Below are positions 25,376 through 36,540 of a stretch of 64,000 bases of DNA, in pieces. A model generated the notes under the pieces. The model was not told where the DNA came from, ran no database searches, and saw only the letters and a list, made by a program, of their open reading frames with translations. The translations under genes and the position numbers were made by a program. Origin of the DNA: Podarcis gaigeae (lineage: Eukaryota); the NCBI GenBank assembly GCA_964106915.2, contig OZ066916.1; one strand, written 5' to 3'. Position 1 is the stretch's first letter. Each line of letters begins with the position of its first letter.

Positions 25376-26307
25376 GCTTAGAGGAAGGCACGTTTGGCAA
25401 ACCCTCGCTGTGATCAACTCCCCACTGTCCCCAATGTGGAAGGATGTGCTGATCCAGAATTGGCCTCCACAGTCACAGAGTTAAGGCCATATTCATGGAA
25501 GGCAATCTTACTCAACTACAAGCGATTGCCAAAAAAAAGCTGGACCAGTTGTCAGACTTTGTATAAGGTAGATTCCAATGAAGTGTAGAAAGAAGACCAC
25601 TTTCTTGTGATTTCAAAGCTACACAACCAGCAAACATCCAACAGGCCAATGTTGCATGGATGCACCTGTTCAGTTTCTACTTGCGACGGAAGGTGCAGGA
25701 GTTCTGCTAAGCAGAAATGGGCAAGCATTAGCCCCCTCCCCCCGCTCTATCCCCATGTTCTTGCGCGGCTCTCCGCCAAAGCAGAGCTCCCCACATAGGG
25801 CCGGGTGGAATCCCTTGCATCTCCAGGTGAGGTCCGGGGTCTGGGCCTGGGGAGCTGCTGCCAGCCAGAACTGACACTGGTGAGGTAAATGGACTCGACA
25901 TAAGGAAGCTCTCTGTACTCTTCTCCGTGTGGCAGAGGTAGGTGCCCATTGCTGCCCGCAAGTCACCTCTATCTAGAGCGGAGGTAACAACGCCACCACC
26001 GTCCGCAAGGGGCCTCCGGGGTCCCGGGGCACCGTCTCCCTCGCGCCTTGGAATGCTCCCGGATAAAACTAAGCGCGCCCCCGCCCGCCCGCGCGTCTCT
26101 AGAGAAAGTTCTGGTTGCGTAAGGCGCCCCTTCCCCGCCACGGAGAAGCGCTCCGTCCGCTCCAGGTTCCTCTTTTGCGCGGCAGCTGCGCTCTGCTACT
26201 GCCGCCGCCGTTCAGGGGGCGCTGGGCGGGCTCAACTATTTCCTGTGGAAATCCCAAACGCTCGGCTCCTCCTTCCCACGGCGCGTGTTTGTGGGCTGGG
26301 GGTGGGT

Positions 26308-26311
<4 letters not shown>

Positions 26312-26339
<28 letters not shown>
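26312..26339. repeat. (GA)n microsatellite in the promoter/5' UTR
   Basis: Direct reading. Confidence 0.95.
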
Positions 26340-26342
<3 letters not shown>

Positions 26343-26470
26343 GCTGAGGAGGAGCAGAGCATCGCCTGCTGCCGCTTCAGCCGCTTGCGCCTGCCTCCGT
26401 CTTCCTCCTCGTCGTCGTCTTTTTCGCCAGCCTCCTTCGCGTTGCCTGCGGCCTCCCGGCGCTGCCAACC

Positions 26471-26536
26471 ATGCCCCAGCCGCAGCAGCAGGAGGAGCAG
26501 CAGAGGTGGTGGTGGCGGCGGCAGCGGCATTCCTAG
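26471..26536 (+). other. Upstream ORF (21 aa, MPQPQQQEEQQRWWWRRQRHS*) in the probable OGFRL1 5' UTR
   Basis: gccaaccATGc (A at -3) to TAG at 26534-26536; same frame as the main ATG, 198 nt upstream of it. Confidence 0.6.
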
Positions 26537-26668
26537 CCTGCTCGCGGAACCTACCTACCTACCTACCTACGGACGGACCGAGCGACCTTCCCCTCTTTCC
26601 CCTGGGCGCGCGCTCCCTCCCCCGTCCTCCCCGGGCGGGAGAGAGAGGCTCCTGCGTTGCCTCTCCCA

Positions 26669-26846
26669 ATGGGCAGTTTGCTGAGCGGGGTCAGCTTCAA
26701 GGAGCCCACCACGGTGGAGGACTGCGACTCTACCTGGGAGACGGACTCCGAGCCCGAGCTCCAGGACTCCGGAGGGGAAGAAGGGACGCCGCTCGAGGGG
26801 CTGGGGGGCGGAGAAGAAGGCGGCGGCGGCGACCCAGCTGAGGACG

Positions 26847-26879
<33 letters not shown>

Positions 26880-27067
26880 GGGAACCGCTCCCTGCGGCAA
26901 GCTGCCGGCCGGAAGACGCCGAGCCCAGAGAAGGGGTTGCTGAGGAGCCTGAAGAAGAGGAGCTCGAGGAAGACGAGGACGACGAGGAAGAGGAGGAGGA
27001 GGAAGAGGAAGGCGAGGATCAAGAGGGAGGGAGGCACGACGAAGCGGAGGCCCCCAGCACCGAGCAG
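26669..27067 (+). CDS. OGFRL1: OGFRL1 coding exon 1 (133 codons; acidic low-complexity N-terminus with polyQ/polyE)
   Basis: ATG at 26669 (MGSLLSGVSFKEPTTVEDCDSTW); donor CAG|GTAACT at 27067/27068; phase 0. Confidence 0.93.
26849..26878 (+). repeat. Pure (CAG)10 coding repeat (polyQ) in OGFRL1 exon 1
   Basis: Ten uninterrupted CAG codons in frame. Confidence 0.95.
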
Positions 27068-28531
27068 GTAACTCGGGACGCTGCAAACTTCTCCAGGGGG
27101 CTATTTGGGGGGCGGTGTCTGGAGCCCTCCCCCCTCCGCGCCATTGCCTCTGCCCCCCCCCCCGCCAGTGCTGGTGCCTCTCCAAGATTGTGTGGCTCCC
27201 CTCCCTCTGTTCAGGGGCAGGTGTGCGCCAGAGTCTCGGAATGCAGCAGCAGGGGACTTTTGGACACCATGGTTGCAAACGCTTGGGGTGCGTGTGCGCG
27301 CGCGCGTGTGAGAGAGAGACAGAGATAAATATACATTTCTACTTTCAGCTTTCTCCATTTCCCCTTTTTTCCTCCCCCCCCCCCATGCAGTGTGACTCAG
27401 GAGCCAAGCTGTGGCTGCATCATCCTTGTTGTTGTTGTTGTTATTATCATCATCATAATATTCTTAGTAGGGTTAAAAAAGAAGAAGCTAAATATGGATT
27501 TGAGGTGTGTGGCAATCAAAGGAAAGAAGACCAAGGAAGCGAAGCACTCTGGTCTGGCAGGTTTGCTGTATTTTGTTACCAGCTTGCTGATCCAGCCTGA
27601 TTTTTGTTTTCCTTCCTGTGACATGCGTAGCAAGGAGGAACGGTGGGGTGGGGTGGGGGATTTATTCATTTTCCCTCTGGCAAGCTGTTCAGCAGAGCTT
27701 TATATCTTCTCTTTTAGAAAAAAGATTCTGGTGGCTTTAAAATGTAGAAGGTCAAAGTAGTTCTAATCTCTGTTTCCTTGGTATAATCCTCCCCCCATCA
27801 CATGCCTGCCTGTTCAGGGGATAGAAATTACAGTAGCACATGTGGTGACAAAATGCAGTTTCAGAACAGGGCTTATTTGACATTCTGGCTGAGTGTAACT
27901 ACAGCTATGATTGCACGTATTAGACAACACATCACTGTGCAGGACCAAAAGAACTCATAAACCCAAGAAATAAGGAGATTATTCAAAGAAAAGAGAGTTA
28001 CTTGCCTCCTCCTTATTCAACTCTAGGGTAGATCATATTCTCAGCTTTTTACTTTTTTAAAAAAATACTCTTTACCCTGAATGCAACGTGGACTCTATTT
28101 TCAATCATTACCTCCATGGAATTATTTTCTGTCTCTTAACAAACATTAAACTGAAGACCACTGTCCTTATGTTTCCACCTCATGCTTTCATCTCTGTAGA
28201 GAATTATTATTATTGAAACTGTACCTCCACATATTAGCCTGGCTCATGTGATAAGTGGGGCACTTTTTAGGCAGTTTTGCAATTCAGTATTCCCATATGT
28301 ATATTTGCACAGTACAAAAGGTATGGATCTGTGTTTTCTTTTCTGACTGCATTCCAACAGGGATCTTACATCACAGTCCTATGCACATCTACTCAAAAGT
28401 AAATCCTACTGAAATCAATGGTACAAACAGTGCTTTATTTCCCTAGAAAAATAAGTGCTACACTTTTTAACAGCATAAAAAAGGTGCTGGTACTATGTAC
28501 CCTTGACTGCCCCCTGGAAAAAAAAGGACTG

Positions 28532-28870
28532 GGTAAAGGGACCCCTGACCATTAGGTCCAGTCGTAGCCGACTCTGGGGTTGTAGCGCTCATCTCGCTTT
28601 ATTGGCCGAAGGAGCTGGCCTACAGTTTTCGGGTCATGTGACCAGCATGACTAAGCCACTTCTGGCGAACCAGAGCAGCGCACGGAAACGCCGTTTACCT
28701 TCCTGCCGGAGCGGTACCTATTTATCTACTTGCACTTTGATGTGATTTCAAACTGCTAGGTTGGCAGGAGCAGGGACTGAGCAACAGGAGCTCACCCCCT
28801 TGCAGGGATTCGAACAGCCGACCTTCTGATTGGCAAGCCCAAGAGGCTCAGTGGTTTAACCCACAGCGCC
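28532..28870 (-). mobile_element. Sauria SINE in OGFRL1 intron 1, antisense to the gene
   Basis: ggtaaagggacccctgaccattagg ... tttaacccacagcgcc; collinear with 6683-7042. Confidence 0.92.
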
Positions 28871-31594
28871 AAAGTACAAACCCCCAAGTAAGCATGAGTA
28901 GGTTTCTTTAATAAACGTGGAAATGTTGGAAGCAGTATACAGTCTTCAAAATATAATGTAGAGTCTGCATTTGTTTTTGTGGCTTTTGCCAAGAAAAGAA
29001 GAGTGGTTTATTTTGCAGCTTTGATGTGGGTGAAGTAAAGTCCCCATGCACTACTGTTGCCATTTGCCTCTTTTCAGTTGCACATTTCCCTTTACCAACA
29101 CCAGTCCCATCAGAGGTAATGCACCTCCCCACCCCAGGATTATGATAAAGGCTTTGAGTTTGAATAGTCCATCACTGGATACCTGTAAAATGAAAAGTAA
29201 TGGAAACTATCTAGGATAATTAAGGCTCTGTGGGACTTTGTATTTCACTATTCCTCACAGTAGACCCACTGAAACGAATGGCCCTAAGTTAGTCATAGTA
29301 ATTAATTTCAATAGGTTTACTCTGAGTAAAAGTTAGTTGAATACAATCCATTTGGCTCATTCAGGCAAAAGTTACTTCTGACAAATTTGCCACTCCTTCC
29401 CCCCGCATGCCCTGTTCCAGTAAATGTCCTTTATCCATTCATAAAGTAGTGGAATTATGTTGCTTGGATCCATAAGCAGTTCTTAAACCTGCAGCACATT
29501 GACTAGTTGGGATGGGGTCGGTGACAGTTGTCATTATTCAGAGATATTAACTCATGAAAAGTTATTAACTCCAGAGAGGCTGTCTCTTACACATAAGAAG
29601 AGGGAATAATCCTGTAACTTGAGTTCCAGGTTTTATCCAAATATTAAAAATGAACCATAGAGCAAGTAAATACATTAGCCCATATCAAGTTCTGATTGGT
29701 AACAATGTGAAGATGTATTGTTCCCCTTTTTTAAAAGTGTTTTGAAAGATAGAAAAGAACACTAGTAGAAGGCAAATAATGGGTCATTCTAGTGGCTGTG
29801 CAGATACAACAATGTTTCTGTTTTTCCTTGGTTATAGGTTTGGCTACAAATCCCCTAAATCTATGGAAAATATATTTATTATTTGAGTGGAGTTTGTTAA
29901 ATTGTATCTTATGTTAAGATTTAACATATAACAAAACTGTGACTAATGGAATTATCAATGGTTGACACACTGAGGGTGCCTATTATTCTTTAATGTGCAA
30001 TTTTAAGCCAAACACCAGCTAGAGTGCAAGTCTTATTATTCAGTATAGAAAATAACCATAGATTCTGAAAGTGTTGTACATTTGCATACTCTTTCTTAAC
30101 CTTTCATAAATGGTTATTTTGGCAATTTGAAATCTTAATGCAAGGTTATTTAATATTTTAAAAATACTCACTCAGAATGTTTTATGGTCTGCAGTACTGA
30201 GCTCAGAGCACTTACAAACTAGACAGACTTGTACATATGCAGATCTTGGTTCAGCAGTCCCTTGAAGTTTTCTGAAAGCTTGAATAATTTATACTTGTAG
30301 GCAAAAAATAAAATAAAAATGTCACCATTGCTCCATAGTGTGTATCAAGCCCTCCCTCCAAGATTCTCTGTCTGAAAGGTGGGCAAAATTATGGCCATTG
30401 TCACTGGTACCTTCCTTTATCACATTCTGGAATCAGAAGTTCAGATTTCTGAGGAAAGCCCTAATCTGTTTAAGTCCTAAGGGTACCCTATTTCTTTCGG
30501 GGGGTCACTTCCAGCTGGCTAGCCACATGTGCCAGACAACTTTTAGCAAGAAGAGTCAGTCTCTCAAGGTCGTGAGAAAATAAACCTATTTCTTTCTTCT
30601 TCTTTATTTTAAATAGCAGGAACCATTCAGTAGAATGCATGAAGGACAATATTCAGGAACCAGAAACCCATCATAAAAAAAACACTGAATATAACCCTAA
30701 TAGTACCAATAAATTGCTTTGGAATAGGAAATCACATGCATATGTATGTTTGATGTACATTTGTGTGTGCACACATGTGCATGCGTGCAGATGTTTAAAC
30801 AGTTGAGGTAGTTTGAAATTTCTGTGTTTTGTTTTCCAGTCCTTTGTCATGTTGGCTTCTCCGCATTAATCTTTCAGAGTGAGGTTAAGAAACTGTTGAA
30901 GGTCACCCAGTGAGCTTCATGGTTGAGTGACACGAATTGGAAATAGACTGATCCATCCATAACTACAGCTTAACACATAGCTGTTTCATTTTCTACAGGA
31001 AAAAGTTTTAAGAAGTAACAGCACCAAAATTAAAGACATGGCAGTTACATGAATAGCATAGCTTAAACAAATAATGCTTGAAAATGAGAGCAGCCCAGTT
31101 ACAAGTCAGATACTAACTTTGAATGTCCCCAAAGCAATAGAAATGAGGTCACTATGCTGTGTGAATAGGCCCTTGACTTGCTGCCAGACTTGTGAACAAG
31201 CTCCACAGGAAAACAATGTGCTGCTGGCTGCGATGAGAAAACTTCCATATTGCCTATCTGTACTGCTCAACTTATTCACTTGTGGCAGTCGTGCCTGGAT
31301 ACCGGTCATCAAGCAGTGAGCATGCATGTGTGAACTAACACGCAGTCTCATTCCCCTTCAAGCTGCAGCTCGGGGGGGGACCTCCACCAAACTTCAGGAA
31401 CAGCTTTTTGGGAAGGAATGCAAGGAAATGTGGGAGGGAGGGAATTGAAAAGCATCAGTGTGCACGCAGAACAGCATGTGTGGCCCTTTGGAATGAATGC
31501 AACCCTTTTTTTTTTTTTAATGGAATGCCACACTACCAAATATACAGACAAGTCTAAAAAGATTATGCTCATGGAATATGTCTGCTCTTTGCAG

Positions 31595-31681
31595 GGGGAT
31601 GATGCAATTGAAGTGGCAGCTAAACCAAAGAGAAGCTTTTACGCTGCAAGAGATTTGTACAAATATCGGCACCAATATCCA
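31595..31681 (+). CDS. OGFRL1: OGFRL1 coding exon 2 (GDDAIEVAAKPKRSFYAARDLYKYRHQYP)
   Basis: Acceptor ctctttgcag|GGG, donor CCA|gtaaga; 87 nt, phase 0-0. Confidence 0.95.
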
Positions 31682-31944
31682 GTAAGAGCATTTTGCAGTA
31701 TTCAGATCTTCACCAAGATAGAGGCGTGGCAATTTTTTTAAGTCCCTAAAGTAATTTTACAGTTCCAGTGGAGTGTTTCAAATCTACAGAACTCCATCAC
31801 ATAAGTCTATGAAAATATATGCAGGTGGGTGGGTGACTAATCCTAGAAAACCCCATGGCTGCCACTGTTGGCTGCTTCTACTAGAAGACAAGTATGTTTG
31901 ATTTCATATACTGTACCTACTGGTAACAGAGACTTTTGCTAGAC

Positions 31945-32080
31945 TAGGCATAGGCAGACTCAGCCCTCCAGATGTTTTGGGACTACAACTCTCATCATCC
32001 CTGACGACTGGTCCTGTTAGCTAGGGATGATGGGAGTTGTAGTCCCAAAACATTTGGAGGGCCGAGTTTGCCTATGCCTG
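31945..32080. mobile_element. Palindromic hAT MITE (136 bp) in intron 2
   Basis: Arms of ~55-60 bp are near-perfect inverted repeats; perfect 8-bp TSD TGCTAGAC. Decayed relatives at ~9180, 19475, 21385, 33080, 39300, 51550, 59445, 59735, 61620 and 62345. Confidence 0.9.
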
Positions 32081-32493
32081 TGCTAGACAGTGGACACAAT
32101 GTCCTAGGTTTTGTACCAGGAAAGATGGTCTTGATAGCACATATATCTACATTTGCAAATTATTGCCACAAACACTCTCCTATCAGGGCATTCAAGAGAG
32201 AGCATAACAAGCGCGGTTCTGTACATGTTTGCTCAGAAGTATGTCCCACTGCGTTCAATGTAACCTGCTCCCCAGAAGAAAAGATGGCAGCCAAAGGCCA
32301 TTCTATGGGCAAAAATGTACCAGGAAATGAACAGAAATTCTCATACATTGATAGAATAAACTTTAGCACCAATTACATGAGATGTGAGACCCTGAGAAGC
32401 TGAGCTAGAAAAATGACAGAAAAACAATGGGGAAAATATAAAGTCAGATACATGTTATAGCATGTTTCATGAGTTAACCCCTGTAATGTGACA

Positions 32494-32645
32494 ATCCTAA
32501 ATACACTAACTTGAGAGTGTCCTTTAACTCGCTGGGATGTACCTCTGAGAAAACTAACAGTGTAATCCTGTATATGTCTACTCGGAAGTAGGTCGAACTG
32601 AGTTCAGAGGGGCTTACTCTCAGGTAGGTGGGTATAGAATTGCCA
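32494..32645. repeat. Two adjacent copies of a short (~80-bp) palindromic interspersed repeat (aatcct...tactc.gaagta...ttactc.caggta...atagaattgc)
   Basis: Similar units at ~20045, 21250, 28375, 32215, 33670 and 41445. Confidence 0.55.
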
Positions 32646-33471
32646 CCCAAGTTGCTCACTATATAATTGCCACACTACCCTTCCTTTGAACAGTATTAGA
32701 TATTTTAACTGTGTTATATTATAGTTCAATTTTTCTTGATTAGCAAAGACTTGAAAGCTTATCTTTCTATATGGAATAGTTCTACTGTGTCGTATATGCT
32801 ATTATATAATCAATTCATGAACCTGAATTATTAGTGTCTCTCATCCACCTCCTCTTGACCTGCTCATTTCTCTTGAATAACCTGCCTTGAATAATCTTGA
32901 ATTACCTGCCCTTAGCTTAAGGGAAAGATTATGCATTACATGTAATTCCAGGGCTGGTTTCCTACAAGTTTTTAAGTAAAGCAGCACAAGTGACTTCAAG
33001 TTGCACAATGGATGGGGCAGGGAGAGTTGCTGGGGACAGATGGCTGGCACAGAAGCGATTAAACTAGAGTTAACCAATGTGGTGCCCTATAGATGTTGGA
33101 CTACAGCTCTCATCATTCCTGACAAATACCCATGCTGGCTGCAGCTGATGGGATTTGTAGTCCAAAACATCTGAAGGGCACCATACTGGATACCCCTGAA
33201 CAGCTATCCAATCCTCCCCACCCCCACAGGCCATCCATCCCCTTTGCCCAAGCTGAAACTACTTATGGCTACTCTGCATTTAATAAAAACCTGTTTTCCC
33301 AATCATAGAACTAAGCTGAGACACTTGTCCCACCATCAAGATCTGCCTTGACTTTCATTTGGTCAGATTCTTATCTGTCATACTCATGACGGCTTATCTT
33401 CAGCCTATTTCCTATAGATATATTTGGCTGATCATGCTTTGTGTTTTTCCCCCAATCTCTCTGCTCAGCAG

Positions 33472-33550
33472 AATTTTAAAGATCTGCGGTATCAGAATGA
33501 TTTGTGCAACCTCCGTTTTTACAAGAATAAAATTCCCTTTAAACCTGATG
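33472..33550 (+). CDS. OGFRL1: OGFRL1 coding exon 3 (NFKDLRYQNDLCNLRFYKNKIPFKPD-G); alternative start at 33469
   Basis: Polypyrimidine tract followed by ctcagcag|AAT (NAGNAG); donor GATG|gtaagt; 79 nt (82 nt), phase 0-1. Confidence 0.94.
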
Positions 33551-34963
33551 GTAAGTAATCCATGGGCATTGTCACAGTGTTTGTTTCATTCTTTTATATC
33601 CAAGGCCTTTGTAAACCAAAAGATCAAAACCAATTCAGTGTCAGGTTTGGCTTCAGCAGTTTTGTAGCCCTATCCTATGCATGTTTACTTGGAAATAAGG
33701 CATACTGAGATCAATGAGGCACTCACCCAGGAAAGTGTGCATGTGATAGCAGTTTAAGGCATGGGATTTCATTTTAGTCAACAGAAGCTCATCTTTGTGA
33801 AGTTCAAATATACTACCCCTAACCTGCTTGTGAGCTGCTGCAGCCTGATTTTGGTTTTCTGCTCCAACCTCAAATGGTGCAAAATTTCCACTACTTTTGG
33901 TTTACTCCAAGAAAAGCAGATCTCTTGTGGGTTTCCTATTAATCTGGATCATGATGCCTTGAACTTTCAAATTTATTAAGCATAACTTGAAAAGCTCTAG
34001 AAAAATTATTAGTGGCATCACCATTGTGCTCTTCAAGTGAAACAAACCCCCCAGGTTATGTTATATATGTTGGTGCCAGATTAATAAAACCAGTTTTTCT
34101 TTGGTGCATTTGAACTTTGGTGTTATTGTGTTGCACTATTGTGAACAGACTATGTATTTTTTAGAAATCTTGGCTACTGGGTTAAGTGGATCATGTCCAG
34201 TGGGCATTGGTTTTACTTAAGATTTAGCAATTTAGAGAATATTGCCATTCCCCACCACCAACACATTTGTTTGGGGAAGTAGTTTTAAGTAAAGTCACAA
34301 GGTTGGTGGGGAGTAGGCTGAGCCACACTACTTATAGCATGGTTGGCTGTTGTGATAGGGAGAGCAAATTGCTCTTGGCAGACAGATAATTTATATTAAT
34401 AGCATTGTGGCACTGAGCATAGGTCAAAAAACATAGACTGGCCTCAGCAGCTAGTCCAAACAGTTCCTTGCCATGGCACTTACCAACTTCCTCTGAGGGA
34501 ATGGGCAGGATGTTCTAACATTATGCTGAACTTGAAATAAAGAACTGCAGAGGTGAGCACCTCTCCTTTTCCAGAGTTGAGGAGGTCAGGCATTTATTCC
34601 CATTGTGCTAAACCTCAGCATCAAGGACAGCTCCGACCTTTCTCATTACAGAGCTCTCACACTCCTCCAGCAAAGGAAGGAAGAGCAAAGGGTTGCCTTG
34701 TTGATGTGCTCATGTCAAAGCAAAATATGTACTCCCCAGTAACAAGCTGGCAAGTGCATTTGTAGATCCTTGGCCCTATAGAGTGCCTGGTGTCTTCTCT
34801 GGGGTTAGAAGGACAATGTTAATATTTTCAAATAATTAGAGACAGTATATTTGTCTGCAAAATACATTTTTGTGTTCTATGCCACAGCATTTTTAGATGC
34901 ATGATATTATATACAGATTGTTGTATTTGATGTTTGGATTTGCTCATGCATTTGTATTTATAG

Positions 34964-35042
34964 GTGTTTATATTGAAGAAGTCCTAAATAAGTGGAAAGG
35001 AGATTATGAAAAGTTGGAACACAATCACACTTACATACAGTG
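34964..35042 (+). CDS. OGFRL1: OGFRL1 coding exon 4 (VYIEEVLNKWKGDYEKLEHNHTYIQ-W)
   Basis: Acceptor tttatag|GT; the donor CAGTG|gttggt is required to keep the frame into exon 5; 79 nt, phase 1-2. Confidence 0.93.
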
Positions 35043-35143
35043 GTTGGTAATTGTTTTCTTTTCATTGCTTTTATAATACATTTATATAAATTTGTCTAAA
35101 CTCGCTTAATCCGCAACAAATCTGTGTGTCTTTAATAATATAG

Positions 35144-35210
35144 GCTTTTTCCATTAAGAGAGCAAGGACTGAATTTCTATGCAAAGGAATTAACAACATA
35201 TGAAATTGAG
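35144..35210 (+). CDS. OGFRL1: OGFRL1 coding exon 5 (LFPLREQGLNFYAKELTTYEIE)
   Basis: Acceptor atatag|G, donor GAG|gtaaag; 67 nt; flanked by short introns of 101 and 112 nt. Confidence 0.95.
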
Positions 35211-35322
35211 GTAAAGCTAATAATTCACAATATAACTTTGCTGCTTGATGATTAAGAGTAAAATTATTCTATATCTCTAATTTTGTTGTTGTTTGTACCT
35301 TCTTTTTGAAAACGTGTTGCAG

Positions 35323-35468
35323 GAATTCAAAAAAACAAAAGAAGCAATTAGAAGATTCCTGTTGGCTTACAAAATGATGCTGGAGTTTTTTGGAATAAAA
35401 TTAATTGATAAAACCGGAAATGTTGCACGAGCATCTAATTGGCAAGAACGATTCCAGCACTTAAATGA
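35323..35468 (+). CDS. OGFRL1: OGFRL1 coding exon 6 (EFKKTKEAIRRFLLAYKMMLEFFGIKLIDKTGNVARASNWQERFQHLN-E)
   Basis: Acceptor gttgcag|GAA, donor GA|gtaagt; 146 nt, phase 0-2. Confidence 0.95.
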
Positions 35469-36540
35469 GTAAGTGATGTCTTGTAGTAGAGAAAATCCTC
35501 TATTTGCACTACTCCCCATTTTATTTATTTGCAACATTTTATATCCTGCTCTTTGTTGCCAAGCTGTTCCAGGGTGGGTTGCAGCAATAAAAAATACATC
35601 ATAAATGCACCATAAAATCTTAACATCATTCAGTCTTCTAACAAGAATGACAATATACAATTCCAATCTCTTTGCAAGAGAAACCAGGTGGTTCTGAATT
35701 ACATCCACCTCCACCGCAAAAGGCTGGGAGAAAGAGGAAGGCACATGTGGCAATCAAGATTCTCCAACCCCCAGATGTCAATATAAGGGCATAACATTTG
35801 AACAGTACTTGCATAAAAGTGTGGTTGATTTCCAGGTTGTAAGTGCACATATGTGGTGCATTGAGATTTTATGTGATCAGCTGGTCGGAAGGAGGTATGT
35901 GGTTTTCTCCACTATACATAGGGATGGGATTCGGTTCCATACTGCCTTTGTTCCTGAGGAGCATGAATTCTTTGCCAAGAGTTTTTGCATCTGTGTGTCT
36001 ATCAGCAACTATTTCTGTTTGCGTATGTCTTTAGATGTGTCAGTGAATACTGATTTCATTTATTTACTTATTTCATAAATTTTATACACCACTTAATTGT
36101 AAAAAAACATCAACCCCAACTAATAGCTGTAGTCATCAGGTGGCACCCAAGTAGTATCTCTACTATCATAGGCATCATATCTCTGAATACTAGTTGCTGG
36201 AAATTGCAGATGAGCAGAATGCTGTTGTGCTTGCAGGCTTCCCATGGTCCACTGGCCTGATCTAGCATATTCGTCTTCCTTTTTATGTTCTTATGTAGTA
36301 TGAAAAGGCAATTCTAGTTTAGCTGGCATTGAAAGACCTTTCACTTGGTAGTTGCCATTCCATCTGAATTGTCTCTGAAAGATCCACATTGGTTGGGTAA
36401 TCCTTTTTGTCAAGGTGTCAGGTACTGATTATTTTTCTATCCTCTTCCCCCCTCCCCCCATCCCCCGGCAAAGAAAAATAATCCCCCGCTTTGCTTCCTG
36501 TCAATTTTGAATTCAGATGATTTTTTTCCCCTTTTCACAG

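Larger units (their letters stand above)
25950..27310 (+). promoter_or_regulatory. CpG island / TATA-less promoter, 5' UTR and exon 1 of OGFRL1
   Basis: Abrupt rise in GC and CpG density relative to the AT-rich flanks; GC boxes (ccccgcccgccc ~26078-26090, gggcggg ~26224). The TSS cannot be determined from sequence. Confidence 0.85.

Noticed and set aside
26246-26255. NF-kB-like ggaaatccc in the promoter
   Set aside because: Incomplete 9-bp match; too common to call without conservation or binding data.
25670-27760. Many overlapping ORFs of 100-190 aa on both strands around exon 1
   Set aside because: Expected from stop-poor GC-rich CpG-island and trinucleotide-repeat sequence; only 26669-27067 has homology and a splice donor. 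The 223-aa track ORF reads past the donor into intron 1.
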